DNA of 60,194 nt, the filler included, from Porpidia crustulata (taxonomy: Eukaryota), in NCBI GenBank assembly GCA_964255105.1. It is 8 parts of 8 records of this genome, joined end to end, with 100 filler letters (N's around TTAATTAATTAA, not from the genome) between each part and the next. Parts side by side here need not be neighbours in the genome. Positions count along the whole stretch, not along the records: positions 30,178 to 37,618 come from CAXUWE010001324.1; positions 37,719 to 45,148 come from CAXUWE010001325.1; positions 45,249 to 52,672 come from CAXUWE010001326.1; 5 more parts are not named here. The stretch is one strand, 5' to 3'. Below the pieces are notes generated by a model. The model was not told the DNA's origin. It saw nothing but the letters and a program-made list of their open reading frames with translations, and ran no database searches. Shown one piece after another: positions 35,681 to 48,843 of this stretch; position 1 is the first letter of the stretch; every line of letters begins with the position of its first letter. The position numbers were made by a program, and so were the translations under genes.

Positions 35681-36115
35681 TCAGACTGCTCAAATGGAAT
35701 GAATAGTTGTGAAAACCCAACTGCATAGCGAAGAACCATCAAACTCGACGAAGGACGTTGTTTGTCCGAAGCGCATTAGCGCGGAAATAGCCCAGGGCAA
35801 AAATTTGCTCAGTCACCCCACCAGTGAAGAAAAATACCACTTCCTACAGAAATACTGTGCAAATATACGAAATCCACATCTCTCACTGTTCCTTTACCAA
35901 AGATCATTTGTTGCTACTACCCGCGTCCACGGTCTTACGATAGACTAAAGGCAGCCAATTCTGGGATCAACCCCCTCAAATTCGCTAGTTCTTTTCGATC
36001 CCCGCTGGGAATTTTGGTGCTCAAAGTTGAAGTTTTCCATGACCGCCCGTTCCCCTCTCGCCCTTCCGGAATCGAATAACTTATAATCTTGAGTGCACAT
36101 AGCACAGTCGCGCGT

Positions 36116-36338
36116 ATGCGTGTTGCTCCTACAGTCTATACTTCTCAGGTACGTAGTATACAAGCTCTTGCTCTGTACTGTGCGGCTTGACCGCCTTGAG
36201 CTTGTTAGAGAGAAACCGACTAATTCTGGGCACTGTAGGATTATCTTTCTGGTGTGAACATCCGCCCGTATGCCTTGAAGAACCCCAAGCTTATAGGCCA
36301 TGACTACAGATCAATTGTGGAAAGCATCGCTATACTGA
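36116..36338 (+). CDS. Arginine attenuator peptide (AAP) uORF, 24 aa, 3 exons
   Basis: Exons 36116-36148, 36239-36251 and 36310-36338 give MRVAPTVYTSQDYLSDQLWKASLY*, matching Neurospora AAP MNGRPSVFTSQDYLSDHLWRALNA; ends 30 nt before the arg-2 ATG. Confidence 0.93.
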
Positions 36339-36368
36339 GAAAGAACTAAAGTCTAGAAACCCCTCAAC

Positions 36369-37618
36369 ATGTCGTTCCGACTCTGCAAAACTACCTCTTT
36401 GAGCCCATTGTGGGCCAAAACGCCGCTATACAGAGCTGGGTCGCAGGGACGCTACCTGGCCACTGTCGAAGTCAATACACCACGTCAAGTCCCAGTGGCT
36501 ATGCCAAGGTCAACGCCAGTCTCGCACGACAGAGCCACGTTCACTATCAGAGTTTGTTGAATTACATACAAGTAGATTGAGAGTCGAGCACTGACATTTG
36601 GACAGAATGGCCCGGTTTTCAATGGAACATCATTCGGCGCAAAAACAAACGTTAGCGGCGAAGCCGTCTTCACCACTTCACTTGTTGGTTATCCAGAATC
36701 CATGACAGATCCCTCCTACCGTGGGCAGATCCTAGTCTTCACCCAGCCTCTTATTGGCAACTACGGCGTTCCATCCGCCGCACGAGACGAGAATGGTCTC
36801 CTTCGACACTTTGAATCCCCCAATATCCAAGCCTCCGGTATAGTTGTGGCCGATGTTGCAGAACGCTACAGCCATTGGACGGCCGTGGAAAGTCTTAGTG
36901 AATGGTGCGCTCGTGAGGGTGTCCCTGCCATTTCAGGCGTTGATACTCGTGCCATTGTCACGTATCTTCGAGAGCAAGGGTCCTCGCTCGCTCGCATCAC
37001 CATTGGAGAGGAATACGACGCCGATCAAGACGAAGCATTTGTGGACCCCGAGCAAATCAATCTCGTTCGTAAAGTCAGCACGAAAGCGCCCTTCCACGTC
37101 AGTTCTAGTACCGGAGACCTGCATGTCCTCCTCGTCGACTGTGGCTGCAAAGAAAACATCCTGCGTAGTCTAGTCGGTCGAGGCGCTAGCGTCACTGCGT
37201 TCCCTTATGACTACCCCATTCACAAAGTAGCTCATCAGTCAGTTATCATAAACCCAGTCCTCCTTATCCGCCTGCTAACACAAATGTAGTTTCGACGGCA
37301 TCTTCATCTCCAACGGCCCCGGAGATCCAACCCACTGCCAAGACACCGTCTATCATCTCCGTAAACTCATGGACTCCTCCCAAGTACCCGTCATGGGCAT
37401 ATGTCTCGGCCATCAACTCCTCGCCCTCGCAGCCGGCGCCCGCACCATCAAACTCAAGTACGGTAATCGTGCTCACAACATTCCGGCGCTGGACCTCACC
37501 ACTGGACGCTGCCACATCACGAGCCAGAATCACGGATACGCCGTCGACACCACAACCCTCCCAAGCGAATGGAAAGAATATTTCGTCAACCTCAACGACT
37601 CCAGCAACGAAGGTAACC
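36369..37618 (+). CDS. CPA1: Carbamoyl-phosphate synthase small subunit, arginine-specific (arg-2), 3'-truncated
   Basis: Mitochondrial presequence, [68 protein letters not shown]. Confidence 0.97.
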
Positions 37619-37718
37619 NNNNNNNNNNNNNNNNNNNNNNNNNNNNNNNNNNNNNNNNNNNNTTAATTAATTAANNNNNNNNNNNNNNNNNNNNNNNNNN
37701 NNNNNNNNNNNNNNNNNN
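37619..37718. other. Artificial contig linker
   Basis: 44N+TTAATTAATTAA+44N. Confidence 0.98.
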
Positions 37719-40532
37719 CTCCCATCTCCAGGTCCCACCCTTGCCATTCCCTCGCCCCCGATTACCGCATCCGTCCCTACTGCCTTGGCTGACCCTTGCT
37801 TCAGCGAACCCTCCCCGAGCTGCTTCCCCACATCAGACCCCTTAGGTGTCAGCACGCCCGCTTGACTGGTGAGCGTGACGACGCTAGCGTTTTCGGCGTT
37901 CGGGTTCGTGCCGAGCTTGAAGGGGAACGCGATGCCGCCTGCGGTTGGCCGGTTGGAATCCGTAATGTTGACGGGCGTCGAGTTGCTCTCCATCTCATCA
38001 TGGATGTTGTGTGTTGATGGCAACAAGGGGGAAGAAAGGAGATTGGGGTTTTGAGCATTTTGTGCAGTTCTAGCATGCTCAGCTCGCATATGCTGGAACT
38101 CTGTCGTCAAATTGTCCCGGTCGTCGGTACTTTGACCGGTATCAGTCACAGTCCGGTGACGCGATCTAGAGCGCGATTTCCCAACTACTCTATCATTACC
38201 CAAAGGCCTAGTATTCGCACCTGTGTTTCCAGCCGTTGCAGATCTCTCTGGTTCTTTGTCGGCGTTCGCCTCCCGTTCAATCGTTTTCTCATCATGCGAG
38301 CTGCCCCACAAGCTCCAAAGACTCATCCCCCAACTTCGCGACTTCTTCTCTTCTTTTGGCATGCGACGGCTTCGCCGCCCTGCTAGCGCAGAAGGAGGAG
38401 GTACGTCATCATCATCCCAGTCTTCAAAGCCTCTAGCCATGTCCTTGATCCGTTGCTTCTGGATCTTTCTCTTCTCCCTGGCAAACTTATTGTCCCATTC
38501 CTTTTTGGCATTCAGCCATTTCTTGACTGGGCCTGGCTTGATTACGCCAACATCGTTTGGAGACATTTGTAATGCTGGTAGAGATGAAGAAGGGCTCAAT
38601 GGGTAGATGTGACCATGTCTGTCTACTCTCTGGCGAATCATGTGGTTCTTGAACGCGGGAAGCGGCTCTCCTGCTCGCCCAACTTGTTCTGTCGCCAGCG
38701 ATTGACTTTGAATGACGCCGTCCTTGATAATTGGAGCCTCTGGCCTTGCTTTATCCACTCTGTCTTCTTCATCAGACTCCTCAGAGATGACTGAGACATC
38801 GTCATCATCTAGGATCTCAATCTCAGTCTTCTGCGCTTTTGCAAGCGCCCAGGCACCAAATTGGGCAATTGATCTGTACATGTATTTCGCTGGCCTTGTG
38901 AAACTCAATGTAGGCGCTACGTGACATAGATCTTCCCAAACCTGTAGCTGTACATCAGTGGATTTCCACCTATCAACTCTATTCCACGCATCAGGAAATT
39001 CATCCAGATATGCCTTGCCAGGTGGATATTGTGCCGGGTTGGCCGCTTTATGCGCGAGATATATCTGTTCGTCACGAAGAATTTCACCACCACCAGTAAG
39101 GATGAGTAGCGGTGGTAGTCCTCCGAGTGAGGGCTGCAATATGGGCGACACGAGCGGATGTGAAATCAGCTGGTTCGTTGTATACAATTGAATTTGATCC
39201 TTGATCTTGATCATCTTCCCATCAATCATTATTGAAAGATCATGGCCTGTCCCAGGAACTGTATTTACGGATGATGGATCCGCATTCTTAGTGACTGCTG
39301 AAGTATCCGCGTTTGTTCTGGAATTGGAGCTCTGGGGAGCTTGATGCTCCGGAAATCCCGTGACTGCTTCCTCTGTGGCTTCTCGTCGCACCTGTTGGGT
39401 TGACTTTCTAGGTAGGTCCTCCTCAACAACCTTCTCTACCGCGTGCAGCGCTATATGCGCCATATCATCTGCATTTGGTGGTGGCCAAGCGGCTGACGGC
39501 TTCTGCAGGAAACCATGCGCCGGTACATAGTCAAAGGAGCTGTCACCATCCAGGCTTGGAAATGAATGGGTTAGATCCACCCATGGTGATATTAATACTG
39601 CCCCGGCGGGTAAAGGAATGCCTTGGTCTCGCAAGATTACCAATATACTTGGCCGCAGTCAGCCTCATGAGCCTAGTACGCATATGCTATACATACCTCA
39701 CGATCATACCGCCTCCAGCAGAATCTCCTGCTAGTATGATCTCTGAGGGCTCTTGGACAGTCAAGAGGTAGAGATAAGCTGCCAAGCAGTCATGAAGGCC
39801 ACAAGGAAACGGGAATTGCGGTGCCAATCGATACCGTGCTGTAGTTTTCAGTATTTCTATCACTTGCTATTTGGCACCAGGACTCACTACAAGACAGTCA
39901 GCATACCGAGTGCGGCTGACCCTTCAATTATACACATACCGAGCCAATACTCTGGCGTTCAATTTACGAGCGTGTCGCTGCATCTGATACCGATGCTCAT
40001 CTACACTGCCGAAAAAATACGCCCCTCCATGCACGTAGAGCATTACCCTCTTCCCCTTTTGTCTGTACTCTTTCCGCTTGGCATAGTCGCTCCTCATCTC
40101 AATCCATTCAGCCTGCAGTATACTGCCATTCCTTCGCCATTGCCACCACTTGCTCCCACCAATTTTGTCGATTCCATGATGTCTTAACTGTACAATAAGT
40201 GCGTCTGCAGATTGTCGAATTGGGTCCTCTGGGATGGTAATCTCGTTTACCTTGACCCATCGAGGCGTTGGCACCCATTGAGAAGTAAAATTTTGGATAT
40301 CTTCAACCGTGTGGAACGAAGCATAACGTAGGAATTGCCGTATCAACGAAAGGCCTTCATGATATGAGACGTGGGCGGTGGGTTTCTGGCGAAGAGGCTT
40401 TCGGTTGAGGTACTATCTTGTGTGGTCAGAGATGAGCTCTCACGAGGAATCGGTGCTTGTTACATGGGAGAAGTAGGTTTCAATAACTGTAGGCGTCACA
40501 GCGGTTCCTACTGATATAGTATTGAATACCAT
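37719..40532 (-). CDS. Alpha/beta-hydrolase fold lipase/esterase (HSL-like), multi-exon, C-terminus cut by the contig end
   Basis: [25 protein letters not shown], nucleophile motif [31 protein letters not shown]. Confidence 0.9.
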
Positions 40533-40985
40533 TTTGCCTCTATATTACCACGCAGAAGGATACTTAGTCCTCACTGCGAGCTGTGACACATAAGGACCGT
40601 TCTGACCGGACATTGAGATGGAATTCGACGAGATTGATAGAATGGAGAATGAAATTTGGCAGTAGCGACACGCCTGCAGGACACAAAGTAAGGTACGTCA
40701 AGTTTAAGTCAAGATACCATTAGCCACCTGGAGGCTTAAGAAGACTTTTGTCTGCGAACGTCGCCATGTTTAATTATCCGCAAATCTTCAGGAGATACCT
40801 GGAGCTACGAAATGCTCAGATTCAAGCAATTGAATTGTGCAGATCTTCGTGTTGAAGACGTTGACCTCCCGTGCCTCCCTGCGGAAACAGACCCGCTCTA
40901 GCCACCCTCCAAAATCATCCGCTTAATTTCACCTCTCGCTCTCTGCATTATAAGAATGTCATCCGCAAACCAGGGCTCCAAATTG

Positions 40986-41635
40986 ATGCCTACGCGAGAA
41001 TTGCAAGGTGGAGTTGCGCTACCACCTTCAGCAGGTATGGCACCCGCAGCGTTCTCGAACCATTCTACAGCTGAAATAGGACAGAAAAGATTCAAGCCAA
41101 ATTTGACCTCTCAATTACCCTGTCCCTAGCTACATGGTCGGCACTCACCCTTGCCGTCCAGAATTCTTGGGGTGGACCTGAATCTTCCGAGAAGCGTGAT
41201 TGGTTTGCTGGCGCAATCTCGGACCTCATAGCAGCTACGCCTAACGCCGATGTTGAGTATGTGGAGGAGTTCATGCTACAAGTCATGAACGACGAGTTTG
41301 ATATCAACGTCGACGACGGAAGTGGGGAGGAGATTGCTGCTAAAATTGTTGGGCTACGGAAGTTAACCTTGCAAGGCAACTTTGACATGGTAGATGAGAT
41401 GTACCGGAAATGGCAAGAGCAGCAGGCAAGAGGTGGGGGGCAGGCTAAGATTCAACAAATGCAAAGGGCAGAAGATGAGGATGATACGGATTGGGACAGC
41501 GATGACCTGGAAGACGACGACGGGGATGTAGGGATGGAGGACCCGCCTTTAGTGGTAAAGGAGGCAAAACACAAGGTTCAGCCACAAGTCGATGATGACG
41601 GCTTCACGCAGGTAGTTGGGCGGCGGAAGAGATGA
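40986..41635 (+). CDS. TSR2: Pre-rRNA-processing protein Tsr2 (2 exons)
   Basis: WSALTLAVQNSWGGPESSEKRDWFAGAI...EEFMLQVMNDEFDINVDDGS; acidic tail ending VDDDGFTQVVGRRKR. Confidence 0.92.
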
Positions 41636-42868
41636 GGGTACTCCCCAGGTTGAAGTTATGTCATAGATATCAAGACTAGATGAGAGTGTACAGCTACGCG
41701 GACAGTGATACCCCATTATCAAGTAACTTGGCGAATAATAACATCAACTGTCATGCATCGAAGGCAAATATTGATCATGTTAGGAAGTGTGATCTGGGGT
41801 ACTCAGATGTTAGGGCTATCTGATTTTAGGGATACGCGCAAGACACGAGTGGCACTGAGTACGAACTAAGTAGCCCTGGACGTTCTGGATGTGAATGTCG
41901 TGTAAGCGTCCTATGGGCGATACAGATTCGCTATTGGAAATTGAAAGGCAATAACGGAGTTCTTGCTAATATAGTAGTGTCGGTACACGTGCTTTGAGAC
42001 TTTCGTATGAGACGTATTACAGGTTAAAGAGAAAGAAATAGGGCAGAGCGAACAGGAAATCCCCACATACCTCAGCTCATATCTCACCAACTCTGGCGTC
42101 AATCACGCAGAAACACCAGTTTCTTGTTTTAACAATGGTCGTGTGTTTGAAAGCTTCAGCTGGAAAGAGAAAGCGATATAGAAATCCCAACATTATCTTT
42201 GAAGAGGTGTTCTGAGAGATCACGGAGGCAGTTCTCTAGAGCCCTCGGTCTAGCATCTTTGAGTGAGAATTGGATAATGCCAGGTCTTTTCATATCAACA
42301 GACCCCACGGGGTTCTGGACAAGTTCTTTCGGCCTAGATCAGACAATCTCATACATAGCCTCAAGTCCAACTTTCACGCAATCAGGAACAGTGCAAACAG
42401 CTTACAGCAGGACACTCGTAGATTGTACATTTCGGTGAGTATAGAAATCGTATCTACGATACAGGAAACAGTGGCTTCCACTAGTAGTCGTCTCTGATAA
42501 ACGGGACTGCGAAGGGTTGAAGTTTCTCCGAAGACCGGGCTTCGCAAAAACCTCTCCTCCGCTTCGGGCCTTCAGATAATGCGGTCGAGTCTACTCATTA
42601 TTCCCCTTTTGTATATCAAGCGTTGCTTGAATTCCCTCAACATTGCCCAAATCAACGAGTATCCAACCGTGCACCTCAACATGACCTCCTTCTTGTTAAA
42701 TGGACGGACTATGACCGAAAGCGTTAGCGCGGATTGTGATCTTGATAAACCTAGCACAATGCCCCAAACTTCAACTCCTCTATGCCACAGCTTCAACTAT
42801 CAACCTGCCATACCAGTATTTAAACCATCAACTTTCCGAGATAAACAAAAAAGCTGTGGCAATTTATT

Positions 42869-44984
42869 ATGGCCAACTTCCAAAGGTATCCTGCACCAGA
42901 ACCAATGGATCTGGGGGACGTAGACCAGCACATGTACATGGGTCATGTAGCTCCGAATGAGCAGTTGGGCCAGGAGGCAGCGGGCACTGGCAAAGCAGGC
43001 GAAAAATCTCGGAGCAAAGTCTCACGCGCGTGTGACGATTGTAGGCGGAAAAAGGTGAGATTCCAATCGACTGACGTTTTCGTTATTTCTGTATATGGTC
43101 AGCTAATTGTCGTAACAGTCAAAGTGCGACGTCGTTGAGGGGTCTGGTCTACCTTGCAGTAACTGTGTGAAGTCGCAAAATGATTGCGTATTTGAGCGTC
43201 AGGCTCAGAGGCGTGGCCCAAACCGAGGGTAGGCTTGTGAACGTGAAAAGCGCTGTGTATCCACCTGGGGTTTTGCTGAGTGTGTCGTAGTTACATTACA
43301 GACATGGCATCCAGAATTGCTGATCTGGAGAACACTGTGCAAAACCTAAGTCATGGGATGCCCAGTCAAGATGACATGGCGATGCGAAATATTTATGATA
43401 ACCTGCAAAAGTTATCGGACAATATGCAACATCTAGTAAATCGCATGACGGCGATCGAGAGACATTTGAATTTACCGGTGGGAGGTAGCAGCGACCAATT
43501 TGAATACATTCACCCACAAGGTATTGCTGGTCGCATCGACGCTCGTCGAATACCCTCAGACCATAGATCTCAGGGACCGCAGCAATTGACAGCAATTACC
43601 GTCGTAAATCCCTCTCGATACAATTTACGCTTGAGGACCTCTGCCAGATCTCCAACTCGCCAAGTTTCCATCGAAATGGGTCGTCAAGCTGCCAATACCG
43701 GCATCAGTGGCTCAAATGTTAAAATTGACGCTGACATGGAATGGAATGATCAGATCGTTGACGAGTAAGTCGATTGTCCCCCTGGTTTTACTATACTTAT
43801 GATCCACTCGAGGTACTATCGCTTGATTCATCCTATTTTGCCAATCCTTCCATGCAAGGATAGATTAAAGTTGAATCTTTCGAAAGCTCCACGTGTCATA
43901 AGCAACGCTCTAAACTCTACACTCAAAGCACTTGTCCGTCTTCCGACGTCAGACATGAATTCGGATTTAAAGGGGGCCACTGAACAGGTGATGGCACTGC
44001 GAAATGAGGATTTCACGACCCGTCCGACATCCGATCAACTCCTGTACTTACAAGCTCTACTTTTGATGAGCCTTGCTACTGATTGTCATGATCCGATCTA
44101 TCAATCACAATCTGAATGGCTTCAAGCAATCTTCGACACATTCCAGAATCTCAACCTCCCTTCAGACGGCCCGTGTGAACACATTGTAGGCAGCGATCCT
44201 GACACCGACACGAAGCTTTGCAGACGCGCCTGGGTTGTGCTGATGATTATGGACCGCTGGCAAGCACAAAGTAATTACAGCAATCATGTCACTCGCGCAT
44301 CTAATGTGACGTTGTACGACCAAGATCTTGTTCTGCTCGGGAACGACGTTTACTACTTTGCACGTAAGTAAACATAGCTTTTAGATCCCTCTTCTACACT
44401 GCTAAATATTTCTAGGCCTGTCACTCCTGCTAGGCCAAATTTCCGAAATGCATCTTTCCCTGGGCGAAGAACCCGCAGACGCAACCGGCCACCGCCAAGC
44501 CGAAGCTCAAATATGCGAACAGGCGCTTGATGTTTTCGGCAAAGACGTCGGTAAAGACATGTTCGCTAGATTGCCGTTCCTCCACTCCGCCTACTGGCAC
44601 GCCAAGATCACCCTCGCCAAGCACGGCTTCCACCAGCGAACGCCGACCATCGAATGGAACCAAATGGCCTTTCGCCTGGTCCACATCTTGTGCGGTAATC
44701 GCGGACCAATCTCTCCGTTTGCCCAGGACCACACCGCACTCGCCGCCAACCTCCTCATCGACCTCCACGCCGCCAGCAATCCAGGCGGCGCGTCTGTTCA
44801 GGCCGCCCTCGAGGACCTTCGCGCCGGCCTCGCCAGCGGCCGGGTCCTCGGGGCGGGCGCCTGGAACACGGGTATCCTGGAGCTGCTTGGCGGCGTGGCC
44901 TCGGCCATTGACCGAAATGGCCTCCGCCACCTTGCTGACGCCGCGGTCGGGGAGAGCGACTCCCTGGAGCACGGAGCTGCTTAG
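42869..44984 (+). CDS. Zn(II)2Cys6 transcription factor, Rgt1-like glucose-responsive family (diverged), 5 exons
   Basis: RSKVSRACDDCRRKK|SKCD...PCSNCVKSQNDCVFER...RGPNRG|YI, YYRLIHPILPILP, MDRW, C-terminal GLRHLADAA. Confidence 0.82.
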
Positions 44985-45148
44985 AGGCCAATAAGTAGAT
45001 CCCAACTCAGCAAGTCATTGAGGACCTCCCCAGCTGACCCATCTTCCAGGTGGCCTCCTATCTTTTCCCGTGTGCTCTTTATTTTCCCGCGTATTCTTTG
45101 CTTTCTGCGAGCGCCCGTGCTCCGACATTCCGATTAATCGACGATCTC

Positions 45149-45248
45149 NNNNNNNNNNNNNNNNNNNNNNNNNNNNNNNNNNNNNNNNNNNNTTAATTAA
45201 TTAANNNNNNNNNNNNNNNNNNNNNNNNNNNNNNNNNNNNNNNNNNNN
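45149..45248. other. Artificial contig linker
   Basis: 44N+TTAATTAATTAA+44N. Confidence 0.98.
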
Positions 45249-46188
45249 GCAGGGGGCAGGGGCCCGCAGATGTTTGTACATGATGGCAAGGCTCACGATG
45301 CTGATTATTCAAGATCACTCTCTGAAAGGTAGTCCAATGCATAACAATAAAAGCCCAGAAGGCGAACTAGACGTTCTGGAGCTAGTCCTCGCGATTGCGA
45401 TACATAAGGTCCAAGCGTTTCCTCGAGTGGCACCGAGACCTTCGACATCTTTCTTGAGCAGCAAATGGATTGATTCCGAAAATGGTGATAGAAGAATGAA
45501 GAGAGAGGGATGAGACGATGTGAGAAGGGGCGGTGAGAGCAGAGGGGGTGTAAGATTGCATAGACGGTGATTGGTATTGGGAAACATCAAGGCATACTGC
45601 GATGTAGCTGCTGGGTATTTGGGTTCTTGACGGGCTCATTATTCCAAATACCAAAAATATTTGAACACCCTTTCTAGAGTGAGTCAATATGCCTCCCATG
45701 TTCTATGTACCCCGGCCGCCATTGGATTAGATAAAATGAAAGGGTTTGAGTGTTCCGAGTCGTGGTGTTTCACAAATTATGTGTTCTCTCGTTGATTTGG
45801 GAGCGACAAAAGCGTGGAATAGGGTCGATAAGATAGTCCCACACACTGAGGGCCATTGCTGTCCGATTAGATGAGGATATTTGTAATGTGGCTTGCCTGC
45901 CCTGCAGAAGGGTGGGTGTATCTGCAACCTGCTATTCGAGAGATCGACGGCTTACTGATCGCAGAGCCTCCACTTATGGACTGTGCAGACTGCAGATAAA
46001 TTGTGAGTAAGCGTATTGCAGCACACCCAGATGCACTTCACCACCACCACGAAATGCTTTCAAATCAATAAAATCACTGAAATCATATCTGTAATAATGC
46101 TTTATCAAACGTATAATTCTAAAGTGAGTCGCCTGCAAAAGCGTGGACGAAGTCATTGTGTGTAGTATTCGTGATTGCGTTCACCACA

Positions 46189-48432
46189 ATGTCGTTAACC
46201 AAACTCACGACCCTCCAAAGACTGCGCCTAGCAGCTCAAGGCCTTGATTCTCACGGGAGGGAGTCCGAGACGATCCAACCAGGGATACTCCCGACGCCAA
46301 GGGCAGCGGCGCCCTTGGAAAGCAGCAATCGCAATATTCCTCGTAGTCATCCTCTTGAGCATTATCTGCTTTCGGTTAGCGAGCGTGTTGACGGAGACAA
46401 CGAGGCCTTTGAAGCACTAAGGCAAGAGTTGCCGGCCACGCTCTTCGCTTTGATGTACCGCTATAATGCATTGATATGCCTGGGTATCCACTTACCCAGG
46501 GTTTGATCAGTAAGCGTAGAATGCTGATCTAGGTACCAGGCCTCAGGGATGAAGAGCCAGCACCACAGATAACGTCGCAGAAGCCGGACGTAGAGAAAGG
46601 TTTCTTGACTAAGTTCCAATTCGTTGCCAATGACGACCTTGCTCACTCGCGAAAGTCCATCAGAAAGCATGTTATGCGGGAGTACCGGAGAAAGGAAAGG
46701 TGGACAAATGGTGAAGGTATTTGCGAACGCAATAGCTGCCAGTCCGGGAAACGACCTAAGCTTGTATCTGCATCGTCTACAAGACAGACTGGTCATTTCG
46801 AAAGACGGGAAGTTGTAGATGACCGTTTCGCAAAGTCGTCATCCTTGCCGGAAAATTCCAGGTCCTCTCTAGCTGCAGGAAAAAGGAGGCTTGGCTTGTC
46901 TCTCCGTGAACGTAATAGTACGACTCCCTCGTCTAGGCTAGTCTGCCAACATTCCCATGTCCACGAAGAATTCAAGGATAGAGAAGTCAGGGCAGGAGAT
47001 GTGGCCACGCCGTTTCGTTTCAACCCTTGGGCAGCGGTCGCCGCAGGAGATGCAGACCCCTTTCACAAGATCAATTTTGGCGCCCAACCAGCGATGCAGG
47101 CTCTCTTACACCAATGCAAGTACTTCAGACCGTGTTACAGCTAAGTCCAGCACTAATTGTAGAATACTCAGACGTTTGGAATGGGCCGAGGGCATTCGAT
47201 TTATTCGCGGCAGGCACAGACTTTCATCGTGTATCCTGGCTTTATAGTGAAGTCGCTGCTCATGACCCGGAACCACTCCATGTCTGTATCGGGTTTTCTC
47301 TACGTCACATGGCTCAGTTGCGTGGCCAGAAAGAGCCACCGTTGGCAATCGAACATAGAAACAAGGCTTTACACGCAATTAATAAGCGCCTAGAAGACCC
47401 TAAAGGTGGTATTAGTGACGCTTCGATAGGAGCAGTGATCAATCTTGCAGGCCACGAAGTATAATCAAGTCCGCTGTATTCAATATCTTGTGCTAATTTC
47501 TCCTTCAGTATGTATATAATCATCCCCAATTCTTTGTTATTCACATGTCTGGTCTGGCACGAATGATCAAGGCGCGTGGGGGTGTAACATGGTTCAACGC
47601 CCATCCAGAAATGAGATCCATTATCATGCGGTGTGCTCCTCAATTCCTCTCAGCAGATCGGTGTTTACAAACTTGAATGCTAACGCGAGATGACAGATTA
47701 GATTTACTGCGAGCTTATGCCACAGTGTCAGGGCATCGGTTCCCTCAGTACGTCGTATGCCAGAACCTTCCGTCTTTGAATAAGCAGCTGGATATCGGGC
47801 ATCTCGATGATGGGGAGGGACAAAGTATTGCCTGTAGCTACTACAGCAAGACTAATGGATTTTGCCATGATTGTATTGCCTTGATTGACGGTCTAGAAGA
47901 CATTATGTCATTTATACGGACTACCAAGGCGAACGCCACGCAACCCGAAGCATATTTGTTCCAGCCACTCTTGGAAGGCTTGGTACATCGACTACTTCGA
48001 AAGGAGCCCGGCGTAGCTCTGGACGGAATATCGACCCTGATCAATGGATGCTGTCGATTAGCGGTTTTGATCCTGGTTGATGCCATGGTTCGGGAAGCCT
48101 TTGGATCACCGGCTTACACTGATCACCATGTTCGGAGGATCAAATCAGATCTGCTGCCTATGAATACCGGCTTGGGCCGGGCATTATACTGGTTGATGGT
48201 TGCAACGCTTCATGGGCAAAAAGTTGATTTGGGGGAACCCGCGCGAGGAATGTACGTTGCGGAAGCTGTGCTATTAGCAATTGATATCAGCGAGAACACA
48301 TGGCGGCTTGCGAGAGACAAGATCCTCGACTATCTCGAGCTGCGAAAGACGAACGAACTTGTAGATACAAATTCTTTGGAATTGTGGGAGTTGGGACCCA
48401 TCAGCCAAATTATTATTGAGGATTGGATTTGA
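46189..48432 (+). CDS. Putative fungal-specific transcription factor without a Zn cluster (DUF3468-like); 5' exon uncertain
   Basis: FQFV...RKSIRKHVMREYRR, GDADPF, ALHAINKRLEDP...SDASIGAV, HMSGLARMIKARGG, CRLA motifs across several GT-AG introns. Confidence 0.65.
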
Positions 48433-48843
48433 TAGCTCAACTTCGTATGAGCTTGATTGCTTGGGATTTGTTTGGCACTGTGCCATTAGCAGCTGCGAAG
48501 CTGAAATGTGGTATCACTCTCCACCTAGAAACGGATCCGTGCTTGAACGACATCGTTTTTTATCGCAGCCTAAGATGAGGTGTGGACGAACACAGATAAT
48601 ATCCACCTACCTGTCACGTGATAAAAACCCTGCCAGTACTTTGATTACTTGCAAGCCGCACCGTTTTTATATTATTCAGGTCCAAGTCTTAGGCGCATTC
48701 ATCGCAGATATAAAAGCAGCAAACAATGTGCTCACTCACGGGATGGTTCATGGCCAGTGCAAAAATCCCAATTAATTAAGGTATAGAGTTGCCTCTGCAT
48801 ATGACTGTCGTATGGCCAATAGCAAAGACTTGATCCAGCCTTT

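Noticed and set aside
36369..40532. Apparent convergent neighbourhood or fusion of CPA1 and the lipase gene, and other cross-gap gene clusters
   Set aside because: Separated by an artificial linker; the contigs are ordered by length, not position
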